From assembly GCA_025201805.1 (NCBI GenBank), contig MU619337.1, positions 58,702 through 121,036 on the forward strand: 62,335 nt of DNA, given 5' to 3'. The stretch is from Parasitella parasitica NRRL 2501. Its lineage: Eukaryota; Fungi; Mucoromycota. Below, one piece after another: positions 36,602 through 51,100 of this stretch (positions within the stretch are counted from its first letter, which is position 1; each line of letters starts with the position of its first letter). The notes beneath the pieces were generated by a model. The model had not been told where the DNA came from and made no database searches. It was given only the letters and a program-made list of their open reading frames with translations. Made by a program: the position numbers and the translations under genes.

Positions 36602-37727
36602 ATGATGTCGTCGTATTATCCATCGAGAAGATCGTTCAGAAAGAAACACGAGCTGCCTTTATCAAATAGGAGCCATGCTGTTGGTAAAGGTATAGCCACG
36701 GAAAACCACACTGCAAAGCTAAAATATTGAAAAACTAGGCGCCACTGAACCTCTATTCTTTGGCCTCAATCCAAAACAACTATCACTTATCATTCTCGTC
36801 GTGCAGAACAGCATGCTGGTCCTGCTAATGCGATATTCTCGGACGCCAACACAACCTGATCAGCCTCTATACATTGCGTCGACAGCCGTATTTATGGCTG
36901 AACTGATCAAAATCGTGGCATGTTTATACATGCTTCATGTCGAAGGAAATTCCTATCGACGCTGCATTCATCTGCTCTACCTCGAAATATTCCACAGACC
37001 GCGAGAGATTGCCAAAATGCTGGTCCCAAGCGGTCTCTATGCACTGCAAAATAACTTGCTTTACATTGCACTTGGCAATCTAGAAGCTGCTACATTTCAG
37101 GTAACCTACCAGCTCAAGATTCTGTCGACTGCTGCATTCTCAGTATGGTTGCTTGGCCGGTCGTTAAACAGAGAAAATTGGCTGGCCTTGGTACTATTGA
37201 TGATAGGTGTCACACTTGTCCAAGCGGAAAGTGTGTCGTCTTCCCAAACTACATGCTCCAATATTGACGGCAATAGCCAGAGGCCTTTAGTGGGTCTGTT
37301 GGCTGTCTTGACAAGCTGCGTCTCCTCTGGTTTTGCTGGCTGTTATTTTGAAAAAATACTCAAAACCTCGTCTACTTCCATGTGGATCAGAAACATTCAA
37401 CTAGGTCTGTGCGGAGCGTCTTTCTCGTTTATCGGCATGATTGCCTCTGATTTTAGCTCTATCAGGAAACAAGGCATGTTCCAAGGTTACAATGCTTTGA
37501 CTTGGTTCGTCGTGATCAACCAAGCTTTAGGAGGATTGCTGGTCTCTTTGGTGGTCAAATATGCTGATAATATTTTAAAGGGCTTTGCGACCAGTATATC
37601 CATCATCTTATCAGGCATCATTAGTTTTTATCTGCTGGATTTTCAGCCATCCATCTTATTTATCACTGGAACTGGTATTGTTATTTCTGCTACTGTGTTG
37701 TATGGACTGAACAATGAGCCATCATAA
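36602..37727 (+). CDS. SLC35A-family Golgi nucleotide-sugar (UDP-galactose/UDP-GlcNAc) transporter, Gms1-like, 2 exons
   Basis: Motifs STAVFMAELIK, VPSGLYALQNNL, TFQVTYQLKILSTA, SGFAGCYFEKILK, WIRNIQL, VVKYADNILKGF. First exon from ATG 36602 is spliced at gtatag..ctag. Confidence 0.92.
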
Positions 37728-37862
37728 TTGTTTAGCCTTTGTGTAATATACATGGATTTTTCTTTGCAAGCATCTCTCTCTCTCTCTTCCTCTCTCTTAA
37801 TTTAAAATAACTACGATACTACTAATTACTACTATTACTATATAATAATTATATTGTATGAA

Positions 37863-40800
37863 TTAATAAAGTCTGCTAATGTGCATCATCTTATAAGAAA
37901 ACATAATAGAGTGTAATATGTTTATCGCCTGAATTCGAGACATCACAAATATCAATGCTTTAGGAGAAGAAGAGGCGTAAGCTTTATATGAAATTATCTT
38001 TTGAATCATTTCAGCGCTGGAGAGAATATAATCGGGTCGAGCACAACTCATTGCATAGACCCCATTTTTATCAAAGGGATCATCCTTCTTACAGTTATGA
38101 TGTTTGATGGAGAACAAGCAAAAATGCAGCATTATAGTAAAGCTTGTTGAACAGAATTTTTTATTTCTTTCAGGGCTCACCAAGGATGCGCCTGTCATGT
38201 CGAAATTCAATGCGAAATAAACTGGATTGGGGAAACTAACATCTACCACTATCGTTTGGACCTTGTGTTCATCACCATCCTAAAATTTTGTGTTGATGGT
38301 TTGCAAAAGCGCACGATTGTTTCCTTGCATCTGCATACTTTCTGCCTGCAATCGCATTATATCGCGCATCTCTAAGAAAAGCTGGTTTATCATTGTTGCA
38401 GCAGGAACCTCAATGGGAGGGACATCAAACATTGCTTTTAACTTTGTAACTTGATTTTGGAAATCATCTAGTGAGATGACATGGTCCATTCCGCCGTTGT
38501 CTTGATGCGATATATGGTAATTATCTTCAGTTAGCTACATAATATCAGAAAGATCTTTATATCATTATACACTTTATGCTGCTAACTGTCCCAACTTACC
38601 TTTTTCAACAGATCGTCCAGTAAATCACTCCATTCATAAGCATTGATCATGACCACTTCACTTCGTGAGACGAACAAAAATTGCAGTAAAGATAGAAACA
38701 TGTTCCAAACAGGCAACCCCACGTTGCCAGACTAATATAGAGTTAGCATTAGATATTTCCTCCTACCAGTGTCTTGATAGTATACGTACCATAAATAGTG
38801 TGGACGGCTCAATCAAGTCCAATAAACGACGTAGTGCTGGCCATAAAGTCAACCAAAATGAGATGGGATTTAAAGCTTGCGTCTTTGTAGGATTGCTGTT
38901 ATTCACATTTCCGCTCCTTAATTTCAACAAGACGTAGGATTTCAGCAGCAAGAAACAAAGCAGCAATTTTTCGCTGGACGGATGGTAGGAAAAATTAAGG
39001 TCTGGCGTATGAAAATCCACCTCAACCGTATTGAATGTGCGGACCAAGAGCTCGGTCAAAACAATCTCGTAGCCAAGCATGTCGTATAATAAGTTGTCTG
39101 AATTTTCCTTGAGTAATGTCAGTATGAACCAATTCAAGAATCGAAGACATTCAGCTCCTTCCTCAAGCTAAGATGGAAATTGAGATTAACGTTTCCCCCC
39201 CTTTTTTTTTTTTTTTTACGATGAGCACATACCTTTAGGTAGCCAAATATAATAACCATCAGTTTAGGGTCCTTGAGACACATTGCAACAATTAATTGTG
39301 CGACGCAGCTATACACCTTGAAATCTTTCTTTGTAAATTGTTGGCTAGTAAATGCTCTTTTCAAGAAGCCAACAGAAAATGGCAGTAAATAGAGCAATTT
39401 TCCTGCAAAAAAGGAAACCCGCCTATGTCCGTATGGCGCTTCGCCTAGTATAGAAGTTTCAATCTTGGTATACCATTCTTCGCCATTTGGTTTAATGTCC
39501 CAAAGAACGAGTTGGAGCAAGCACAGCAACGTATCCTTATTGGGTTTTGACACCAAGGAAATGGTATTCTTGAGCTCATCAATGATGATGTCGATAAAGA
39601 TATTGTTGGGCTGTGCGCCTGGGACGGACGCAATAGCAGAATAGGCGGTCATCAACTTAACCACAGATTCCGATTGCAGAGCGCAATTAGAAAGGCCGTG
39701 CTTGAACATGGCTTGAATCGGAGGCAGTAGAATAGAATGATGGTACGGGTGCTCTTTCAATAATACTGCGGACATGGTAAATACAGGATTGATATTCCAA
39801 TCAGATCGTCTCCAATCAGCAGTGTGCTTGATCAGGGCATTGATGAACACGGCATAGTCGTTCAAAATGTTTTCAGAGTAGGGGTGCGTGTGCACCGTTT
39901 CAATATATCGGCTCGTATTGTGCAGGACTGTGGAGAAAGCCTTACGTTCCATTTGCTGCTTCATGAGCTTGTCCAACACATCACGCACAGGCTGATCTCG
40001 TAGGTAGATAACTTCACCTCGTACGTCTTCATCCGGGATCACATCATCTGGATCAATAACAGTGCGTAAAACAAAGAAGAGATCAACATCTCCAGCGCTG
40101 GAATCTGATACTGTTTGGTTCTTGAACATCAAGACAAACAAGCCGGCCACCGCAAACCGCAAGAACGCACTCTTGAGGAACTGCTTGGCCTTCAAATACA
40201 CAGGCTCAGAGTTGCGGACTCCCAGTTTAGTCATCAGTTTACCTAAGGCCAAGATTTGCTTGGATAGAACCATAGCTGTCAGATGATCAGACCGACGCAA
40301 AAGGCACTTAAGGATCTCCAGTATAAGCAGCTTGTTTTCTTCGCTAATATCCTCGGTAAGGAGGTCAATGATCTGTTTCATGCATATAACAATGTGCTGC
40401 TCATGCTCTATCTCTAGTATATTGTGCTACCATTGGCATGAGTCAACTTGTGCATCGCATATACTGTAATTATTACCTTGTACACAACAATCAGCACAAT
40501 TTCAAGCCAGGCCTTCAGCGTCATATGGCCCAGCTTTAGCAAATCAACTCCAGAGTTCATCATCTTGAGCACAACGTCAATAAAATGTACGCCTGGGCTA
40601 CTGTTTTCAGACAAGTTCATCCTGGATTGCTCAAGAGAATCAGATGCCATGGCAGCCACAGTCTCGGCGGGCAATGGAGCAAAACTATCCATAATTTTTT
40701 TTAACCCGCGAACACATGAAACCATGACCGCCACACGCGCTGGATCCTTTGGATTATAACAAAGTATGCCAAATTCAACGGTGATCTCGCCATCCTCGTT

Positions 40801-43800
40801 GAATAGTTGGCATCTTTGGAAGCCCATTTGCTGCACCAGAATAAACTTGAGCCGAGATATTTGCGCGGGTTCTATGCTGAGATGATTGCTCAACATTTGC
40901 AGAGCCAATGTCAGCATCAAGACCTTGACGTTCTCAGATTCCGCAGATACTTGGTCGTGGCGGCTGGAACTTTCAGGACCAGGTATATCCACGCCATCCT
41001 TGGCCATCTCTTGCTCCACAGACGACGGCGAGCGGGTGTACTCGTCCAGAATATCGACAGGTGTCTTGTTTTCCAAAGCTTCTAGCAGAGACTCCCATTG
41101 AAGTACCTGCCAATCCGGAAATAGCGCATTCAGTTGTGTCATCAAGCTCACAAGCGACATTTTTTGTCTATCAGTCGCTGTCAAAAAGTAGGCCTCCCAA
41201 CAGCGAAATGCTGATCGTAGATGCAAGGTACCAAATGTTCGAATCAAAGCATACGCTTTAGATCTTACGTACTCCTCCTTGTCCCATAGACACCCAACAA
41301 AATAACTGAATACAGGGCCTAGGTGAGAAAGCAGGGTGAGCCACTCTGTCTGGAATGCAGCATCCATTTTCGAGAATAGTCCAAACAGATTGTCGAGGCC
41401 GTGATATCTACTATCCGTGTCAATAGCGGATTGCGGTTCCACCGTAAATCAACTTTACCTGACTTCCCAGTTGGCGTCTTCAAATATTTTGAATACACAG
41501 GCCTGGAGGTAGCGGACATCAACGCTGATCAGCTTCATCAGTAGACCCAGATTGATGTCACTCAAATGATCGTAAGTGGGCGTGAGCAATTCCCAAATTC
41601 TAGCACAAAACAAGTCAATCAGACTGACGCACGTCTCTTGCGTTGTAAACAGCTTACGAAGGAATGAGTTGAGGCATGCATTTTGTAACGAATTCGTCCT
41701 TGTTGCTGATACAAGATCCCCAGTATGATAGGCCGTAAAACATTTTGATAATGTCTTGGCGAACATTCAGTTGGTCAAACTGCAGGTAAACCAGCATGCA
41801 GCGGATTAATGGCGTCTTTTCATCGGCCTGCAGCATGACAGAGCTCTCAGTGACTGATGTTCTTTTACTATGTCTGTGATATAACTGTTGTCAGCAGATA
41901 TCCATGGTTTTATAGTGGTGCAACTTACGGTTGATTTGTTGCATGATAACCCGCGTGGGGTACAATGCCGAGCTCATCAATATTCTTGACCGGACAGCTG
42001 TAAGCAAAGCAAGCCAGCGCGGCCGAATACTTGATAAACGTCTGACTGCTGGTCAGGCTCTCGTCAGACAAGGATTGGCTTTCGTTGTTTACTTTGAGGG
42101 TCTCTAACGCAATTTCGTTCAAATAGCCGATAACGTCAATCACTGCTGCACGGGGTGTCGGTGCATTCAAGCCGTTGACAGCTTGGAACCACACAATCTT
42201 GACAAATTCCGCTGTGATATCCAGTGGAGTACGAGCTGCAACGATCAATCGAGCAATATGAGCCAACACATTGGATGGGATGCCAGTCCTAACAAAGAAG
42301 CCTGTTGTTGAGAGGGGATCAATTATTCCACTGCAACTTACCCTGAATGTGTGACCAGCGTCAGCCAACGCATGCCACGATCGATGCTCTGTGTATCTCC
42401 AGCGTCGAACTGAAACAAAATAATGTCGATTGGATTGGCTACATCAGCAGAAGCGCCAGATATCTTGGATAATGGAAGTCTGGTAGTGCACAGTTTTGCC
42501 AAATGTCGAATATCCACAGGCTCTTTTTCCTGACGTGAAACATGAGTACACAAGTATATTACGCACGTTTGATAGCTGCTTTACCTTCAGGATACCGAGA
42601 TGACTGAATTCAGTGTGGGTTTGCTCAAGCCACTTTTGTAGGATAGGATCCAAGGACGTGAAAGTAAGGCCGTTTGTCTTTAGCTTGAGGATATAGCCGA
42701 TTAGTTGCTCATATTTTTGCAGGACATGTCTCTATATACAATTTATTAGCGTCCTTTTGGTAAAGCGTGCTCTGGTGGGCCAATTACCTTTGTATCGTAA
42801 GCCTCTCCCCAGCCTGGAACGCTGGAAACTTCATATCTGTTATCCACAAGCTCTTCCATGACATCAAACAGGATATTTGTATAAGCCTCCTTGTCCATAC
42901 CATGCACCGTTGCCATCCATCGCATAATGTACCTATCTCTCAGGGCGGCACGGGTAGTGACATAGATGCTGCTTGCCCCGCTGCTGACGCCTGATGTGGT
43001 TGCTCGATGGAATGTGTTCAATCTACTGCGGTCTGCAGTGCGATTTCCCCCCTTCATCCGGGATAGCAAAGCTGCTTGTGCCCATTTATTCTGCTGTTTG
43101 TTAGCATGCACATGAGGGCTCTTACTCGATGTCAATTCCGCGTGCAGAGCCAAAAGACGTTCGTCTTCATCAAAAATCCAGCCCACAATAGCATTCACCA
43201 AACGTCTCTGCGTGTATGTCGACATGAACGGATCTGGCCAACATCTCCTCACTAGCAGCAATAGCCCACATTCATTGATGGATAGATCAATATCTTGCAG
43301 ACATGCGTCAATCGTGTTTATCAGCGACTCTACGTTGGCAGAGCAGTCAATGGCGTAAGGAATTGGGAAAATGACCTGCACGGGCCTTTCGTGATCCTTT
43401 TTGCTGCCGTCATTTGGAAACAGCATGGGCGAGGCGTCAAAGCGCTCGAAATACCCTAAATTTCGCATTTGCTGCAACATGATCTCTGCTGCTATTCGAC
43501 TCTTAAAATTCAAGTTGGTCATGAGCCATGATAAGAGAACAGATCGGTCCAGACTCTCGTTGGGTGCGTGTCCTTCGCTAAAGTCATCGTCCTCGTCTTC
43601 CCAATTGGCAGCGAAAGAATTAGGAGACACCTGCAAGAAGCCGCGGGAATCGCCGGCTGACTTCCTTTTATCTGCTGCTGTGTTAGTCGGTGGAATAGGC
43701 GATGCTGCTGCTGGTTGAGTTGCCGTAATCTTGGCTCCATTCGAAAACGAAGTCATCAAGCACTTCATCATTGCGCCAAGGTGGCCAAGATACTCCTCTT

Positions 43801-46463
43801 TGCTAAGCACAAATTTATCCACTGTGCTTGGTTTATTGCCACAAAAATCTGTGAGGAACACAGATCCAAAGCATTTTCCCGATGATAGATAACCAGAGCA
43901 AAATTTGATGGCTCTTGTCAGGACAGCACAATGAGATGGTTGGGTTTTGAGCTTAAAGAGCGGTGCATCGGCGGCTGGATCGTCCTCATGCTGGTTGTCC
44001 TTTGAGGGTAATAGAGGGTCGTCGGATCCATGCGTAATCAGTATACAGCCAGCCGCAAACCCACAATGCAAAATATGATCTTGCAACATCAGCACATTCA
44101 GTATCGTACCCACTTCTTCAAAGCTCCTGCCTTCGATAGATTCAGCGTCTGTAGGCATTGCATCTCCATAATGCAAGCACAAGTCGTTGGACAAGTCAGA
44201 CTGTGATATCTGAATATCGCTTTCCAGCAGGGGTTGGTACGGCACACATGTTTGAAAATGGCCGCTGCTGCTGAAACCGTTTCGCTCTTCTGCATGCGCG
44301 AGACACTGAAAATGCACAAATCGATTGCACTCTGTACAATGATATCCTTGCTGTGAAATGCCCCACAGAGGCTTCCCACAGCATGCACAAATGGTGAGAG
44401 TGTACAAGTTGACTAGCTGAAACTTATGGCCAAGCAGCCCCACTCGAGAGGAATCCGACTTGGTCGTCCAGCTCAGAATGCCTCGATTCACCATATCACG
44501 AAATCGAGGCTGTGGTGGTATATTGCAGTACTGCGGCGTCACGACTTTTTGAATGCCTCCAGCTTTGACGTAAAACATGATGCCTTGCTCTTTCATATCA
44601 GCTACCGAATTGGAGCAGTTATAATGCACACTTCCTTTGCACTGAAAGCATCGCAATCCGAACCCTTGTATAGGTTTAAAGCACTCTTTACAAAATGCCT
44701 CGTTCATGTCGTCGTGCACCATCAGCGGAAATGTGCTGTTGCTACTCGAACTTTCATTTGCATTATACATGCTCTGGCTTGGTGGAGAATCGAACATGTG
44801 CGGATACCAAGCATGGTGATCTTCAATCGAGTCTTCTTCTATTGAATCAGCCCCACTTGGATGGCGCAAGGTACGAGGGCGGTGATTACCATTTTGCGAT
44901 TGATGTGGATACGGCTGATGCTGATTGCTGCTGTACTGGTGGTTCTTTTGCCGCTGATCTTCATACTCCTGCTGCTCTCTATGAAGATCCAGCACTTCCA
45001 GCTCCTCCCGGGTGCCTAATAAAGGCAACGGATCTGCTACCATCACATGTCCTGCGCTCACAAAATAGTAGTTAAATAATATCTGACAAGCCCGAAATTT
45101 GACCTCTGAGCTGCTGCGAGAAATCACATCGAGGATGTCCAGGTAAAGATCGGGCTTGCAGCTCATCATAAAAGACAGTGCACGGTGAAAATTGTGAATT
45201 GAATTGGCTTGTTTTGTAAGCGAAAAGCTGAGATTTTCTTGCTGTGCTTTGGTGGGCTGAGCTGCTAGATAGGGGTCCAAGTACTGGATCATAAAGAACA
45301 AGAGCGGCGTAAACAATGCATAAGCATGATACTCGGCGATGGCTGTGCCCGGCTGGCCTTGCATGCTATTGTGGGCGCTGCTTGTGGCAGCAGGCGAATA
45401 CGGCGATGATAGCGCGTCTGTCTCTATGGAGTAAGGGCGAGTATCGATGGTGAGATGTGACATTCTCATTGGGGTATCGACTGCCAGATCTGGTTCTGGG
45501 CTATGGATATTGATGGTGGGTGTATTTTGGTTATTTTGCGATTTTTTATGCATGTATTCTTTACAGACTTTTAGTATTCATACACCAGCTTTTCATGTGT
45601 GCTATAAACTTACTGGATACATCTGCTTTCGAGGCAGCCTTTTGCAGATTTGAGGAGCGTGGCTTGGGCTCGTCTTTCAACTTGATTAACTTGGGCAACA
45701 AGCTATCCAAGAACAACGACAGCAGCTTCCCCAGCATGCTACCGTCAGAAAACGCTTCAAACGCAGGCAGAAAGACGGTGCCGATATGGTACAATCCAGC
45801 TGAATCGTCGCGAATCTGCACAAGAATAAGTGCAATGTCAATCAAAATTGTCTGCATTGTAAAGGGCGGTCGAGACGGCTTGGGATTTGCCGTTTTGAAG
45901 CGACTGTCGTTCAGGACTAGGTCGCTCAGTACGTATAAAATCGTTTCGAATTCGGATCTCTTATCTTTGGTAGATATCATGTTGGGTCCGTTCGACGATG
46001 CTCCATCCGCTGAACGAGCTGGACTTGCAGTTCGAGGTGAAGGTGTTGGCGAATTTGCTCTAGACGAAGCTGGCGATGTTGTCGGTGTGCGCTCACCTTG
46101 CATCAGCACTTGCGCACTCAGTCCAACCTGATGGCAGACCATCAAGGCAGATCGCAGCTGCATCAAAAGGTCGATCGTATCATCGTTTTCAAACTGGTCT
46201 GACACTTGTGTTGTTCTGCATAGCTCACTGAGATGGAACAAGGCAGTAGGGGGTCTTTTCCTCTTGAGTATTTTGCCTATGATGTGCTGTATTATTTTCT
46301 TGTACTCTTCTACTTTTGGAGACGGCTTGGGCGTCTGTTGTTTTGACACATTAGACGTGCGACGAAATGAATCGTCTTGGCTGGGTGAGTGTATTTCGTC
46401 GTCGGGCGAGTGGATGTTTATGATGGTAGCATTGAAGCGCGAGTTAGGTGTGCTATTTGGCAT
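37863..46463 (-). CDS. Very large (~2,600 aa) HEAT/ARM-like protein with two C1 (phorbol/DAG-type) zinc fingers; probable UNC-79 homolog; more than 10 exons
   Basis: Consecutive minus-strand ORFs are joined by short GT-AG introns (for example TCCA|gtaagt..aag|AA TAC at ~45613-45559). C1 motifs: CKECFKPIQGFGLRCFQCKGSVHYNC and HKFQLVNLYTLTICACCGKPLWGISQQGYHCTECNRFVHFQC. The N-terminal block resembles animal UNC79 (recalled, unverified). Confidence 0.7.
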
Positions 46464-48153
46464 TTATTGTTAATTTGAAGAAAGCTCGTCAAACAAAAAC
46501 AAGAGAAAAGCCGTTGATTGAAGGAGTTTGAGTTTCAGTTTTATGGATCTCTCGGCCAACTCTGTAGAGCTCAAGTATGAGACGTTTTGGTTTTCATATT
46601 TTCCATGTAGCAACAAAGCTAATGAGCAAAGCATGCCTCTATCATTAAATATGAATTGCGCGCTCTCGAGACCAAACCATAGCTTAAAAAGCTCGTGTTT
46701 TGTTAGGCTTTAGCATATTATTATTAACCTGTATAAAAGAAATGGGATTGACTCCTAATTGCTAGTGTATTACTAGATGTAAGAACTTGTCTTGTCTAAA
46801 GCAAGAGAACACTGGAAGAAAGAGAGGAATCTAGAACTGCAATCAAGCAGCCGTGCTTAATTTCCTCAAGATTCTCAAAAGTCTCAAACCGACAAGGAAA
46901 CGCCCAAGCCTTATTAGCAGAAAACACGCTTCAAATTAATCACCACAAAGCACTTCCCACCAAAGTTAACGCCTTGGCCATTTAAAACAGCTATTACATT
47001 AAAACTAATACACTCAATGTAATAGATCGAAATCTGCTTTTTTCAACCCTACCAGCTTGACTGTAAGAGTAAAGAATATGTACTGCGATTATCGTGTCGC
47101 TCCAAAACGTATAAAGCATCATACTCTTTGCCTTGAGAAACCATATAATGAGATCCATGCTAGCAAAAGATAAAACACTCCGTTTTCCGTCTTTCATACG
47201 TATAATATATAGCACTCCAGTCGAATGATCAGACTGTTACATGGCCATCATGCATAGATAGAGAGAACCCATGATATGATGTGTAATTACACTGCATTTG
47301 GTGTATCGTAAAGGTGTACAGTAATATGCAACAACATTCAAGGGGTAATCTTGTTTTTTCTCATATCTGTCAGCAAAATATGTTTTCTTACTTGGACATG
47401 GCTTCATCTCTGCAGTCAAACAAATGCATTGATTTCGTCATAATTAGCTTAAAGAAAGCTTCAAAAGCCAAACCATTGCCTGCACCTGTGCAGAATTTAC
47501 AGAGACACTTCATGATAGTAACAAGTACCCAGGGGCCCCCTTAGTGTCCACTATTGCATCTGCATCTGAATGGTGTTGTCAACTTTTTTTTCCTGCCCTG
47601 AGCGGAATTGCCACTCTTGGTTAAATTGACAGGGCATACTTTTATGTCAAGTTTCCAAAATGAATGTACATGGTAGATATGCCTTGGTAATTTAGGTTTA
47701 GCTTATTTCTGCTATATATCAGAATAGACTTTGTTAGACAATACACTGTATATCAGGACAACGGTGGGCTGTGTAAATGTAGAAGGCTCATACGGTAAAA
47801 TCACGATTTATTATTGTCGATCGATTGATGATGAAATAAAGCCCTTGTAGTGCCAATGGTCTGTTTCCACCTGTAGGAAAAGTTTGCCAGCTTTCCATTC
47901 TGAAGTTGCTTTGGTATACGACGAAATGGAGCTCAATGCCGATTTTACCTCAAAAGACCTTTGCAAAAATCAGCATATTCGACGTATTTTTAGTGTTGTT
48001 GCACGTCCTGTGTTACTAATGCTTTTTTTGTGTAATACTTCATATAAAAAAATCTTATTTTAGATCTGTTCTCTATCTCTTTTCTTTTTTATTTCAACCA
48101 AAAGATATTCACATCTATCCAATCGATTTCTTTCAACACCATTGTCATTTGCC

Positions 48154-51100
48154 ATGACTTCAACTGCTGTGAGGTATAATAACGACCCAATGGCCAAATA
48201 GATATAGACCGATAGCTGATTACAAACTTTTGATTAGAGTTGGGCTTCGAGTCAGGCCTCTAACAGAAAAAGAGGAGCTATCAAACTGTACAGAGTGTAT
48301 CAGCTTTATACCAAATGAGCCACAAATCCTAGTGGGCACAGACAAATCATTTACATATGATTATGTGTTTAATACTGATTCCAAACAGCAGCAAGTTTAT
48401 GAAACAGCAGCATCGCCATTACTAGAGAAATTCATTGAGGGGTAATAGAATAAATAAACAAACAACAACATATGATGGTCGAAATACTCATACTTTAACA
48501 CGTATACAAATATTACCAGTTTCAATGCTACTATCCTTGCTTATGGGTAAGTACACATACATAAGCAAAGTAACACGATTCTAACAAATGTAACACAGCC
48601 AAACTGGCTCAGGAAAGACCTTTAGTATGGGTACCGGCCTTGAGAGTGCAGTGAATCCTGAGCACGAAGGTATGATTAAGGGCCACAAATACTCCCCCTT
48701 TTTTTTTCTCATAACTTGTACAACTTGACAGGTATCGTGCCACGCTGTATTGTTGACCTATTCCGAAACTTGGAAGAACGTTCCGAATCCAACAAGGAAT
48801 TTCAGTACGAAGTCTATGTATCATTCTTGGAGCTATACAACGAAGAGTTGATCGACCTGCTGAGCCCACAATTCCAACAGCAAGCTGCTGCTGCTGCCAC
48901 GCCCATTGCTGCAAAGAGAAAAAGTGGAGTGCCACTACCCGTCAGCACAAGCGTCGAAGTAACTATCCGAGAAGATATTGCAGGCAACATATACTGGAGC
49001 GGTGTCCGTGAAGAACGTTGCTGCAGCCCTGAAGAACTGCTTTCATGGCTAGCAAGAGGTTCTCTTTGCCGCACTACAGGCTCAACAGAAATGAACACGG
49101 TATCGTCTCGATCACATGCTGTGTTTTCCGTCATTTTAAAGCAACAAAAATCAGCACAGGAGCCTTCGATCACCAGTAAATTTCATTTTGTGGACTTAGC
49201 AGGTTCAGAAAGAGTAAAGTAAACACAACAAACAATGTAAACAACTCTAATATTTCCGCTCTACTGTATTAGTTGAAACGCACAAATGCACAAGGAGATA
49301 GGGCCAAAGAAGGCATTTCCATCAACTCGGGGCTGCTGGCTCTCGGCAATGTCATTTCTGCTTTGGGCGATGAAGCCAGGCGAACGTCTCATGTGCCTTA
49401 TCGTGATAGTAAATTGACCCGTCTTCTGCAAGACTCGCTTGGTGGCAATAGTCAAACCCTCATGCTTGCATGTGTCTCTCCATCTGACTCAAACTTTATG
49501 GAGACACTAAACACTCTAAAGTATGCCAATCGCGCAAGAAACATCAAAAACAGAGTGACAATCAATCAAGACTTTGCTGGCTCTTCTATCGAAGTCAACC
49601 AGCTAAGAGCCCAGTTGGCAAGGCTAAGAATCGAACTTGCATCGGTGAGGGCAGAAAATGTCTCGGGAGACAGAACAGCAAGCCGAGCCCATCACCACTC
49701 TTATGGCGGCGTCAGCTCATCCGTGCAGGGTGATGATGAAGTCCGTGCTCTCAGAGCCGAAGTTTCACGACTGAGAGATCGCGTCCAGGACATGTCTACC
49801 AATCTGATCCAAGTCACCAGTGAGCGTGATACCATGGTTATGGAGAGAGAACTGGGTGAATTCATAAAGAACAGCAACACCTCCCTTGCTGAAGGTGATA
49901 CCAGTGTTACACCCAGTCCTTTCAAGACGCATCCACTAGTTGCTCAGTATCAGAAGACCATTTCAGACCTCACGAACGAGCTCTCCGACACCCGTGATAG
50001 ATTAACCTTTCTTGAAAGCACAAAATCTGCCAGCATGCAGACTATAACAACTCCACTGTCATTTTCAGGGACAACTAGCTCCTTCCACAGACCTGAAAAA
50101 AACTTTTCGTCGTCGTCTGCTCGTCGTCGCCGTCGCAACAATGGAAACGGCAGTGCTAGCAACAGCCGCCCAAGAAAATCAAAGACCCATTCTGCCAATT
50201 CAAGCACTGTGACCTCCACTGTCACCGTTCGTAAATCTGGTAAACGTCCTGTTAGACGTAATCCTGTCATGTCGCAGAGCTCAAGTTCTAGAACCGCCCA
50301 TAAAAAGAAGAGAAACCACCGCTACAGTGCGTTTACTGATCAAGTTGATGACGACGATGAGGGTTTTGTCAATGAAGATGGCCTTGTCGCTGAAGATGAT
50401 ATCAAACAGAGCATTGCCAAAGCCAGGGCTGAAATTCAAAAAGGCATGGAGGTCCTTGATCTGATTAAGCCCATGGAAGATGCCGCTCAGTTCTGGGAAG
50501 ACGAACTTGAGGCGTTTGAAAAAGCCGAGAAAGAAATGTACGAAAAGACCAGCCAGATTGAAAGATCAGATTCAGACGAAGGCAATTACACGTTGACCTC
50601 CTCCCCCATTGACGATGGTCAGCGTCAGGCTAGAAATGATGTCGAACTGCTGATGGAGATGGAAGCCTTCACAGTGCCTGCTTGGGATCACAAGTCTGCA
50701 ACAATAAAAAGATCGTCCAAACTAGATGATGATGAACACTCCTCAGGCTCGTCTTCTTCTCTACATTCTTATGCGAAAAACGAGAATAGCAATGCAGTGG
50801 CAGAAAAACAAAACCCTCAGCTAGTGCGCATGCTCCATCAGATCCAATCAGACATTCGTGTTAAAGAAGAGCTGGTTTCTCACTTGGAAAAGTCAGAGAT
50901 AAAGTATACCTTCATGCGCCGGAAATTCGACGACAAGATAGCAAATTTACACGCGCAATTGTCAGAGCTTCAGAAAGACAGAGACCAAGCACTCGCCAAG
51001 ACAAAATCAAACTTTGCAGCCGCCCCCAATCGCGCCGACATGGCCATGCAGCTCAAGGAGAAACAGCAGTTGATCGAGACTCGCCACGTGTATGAAAACA

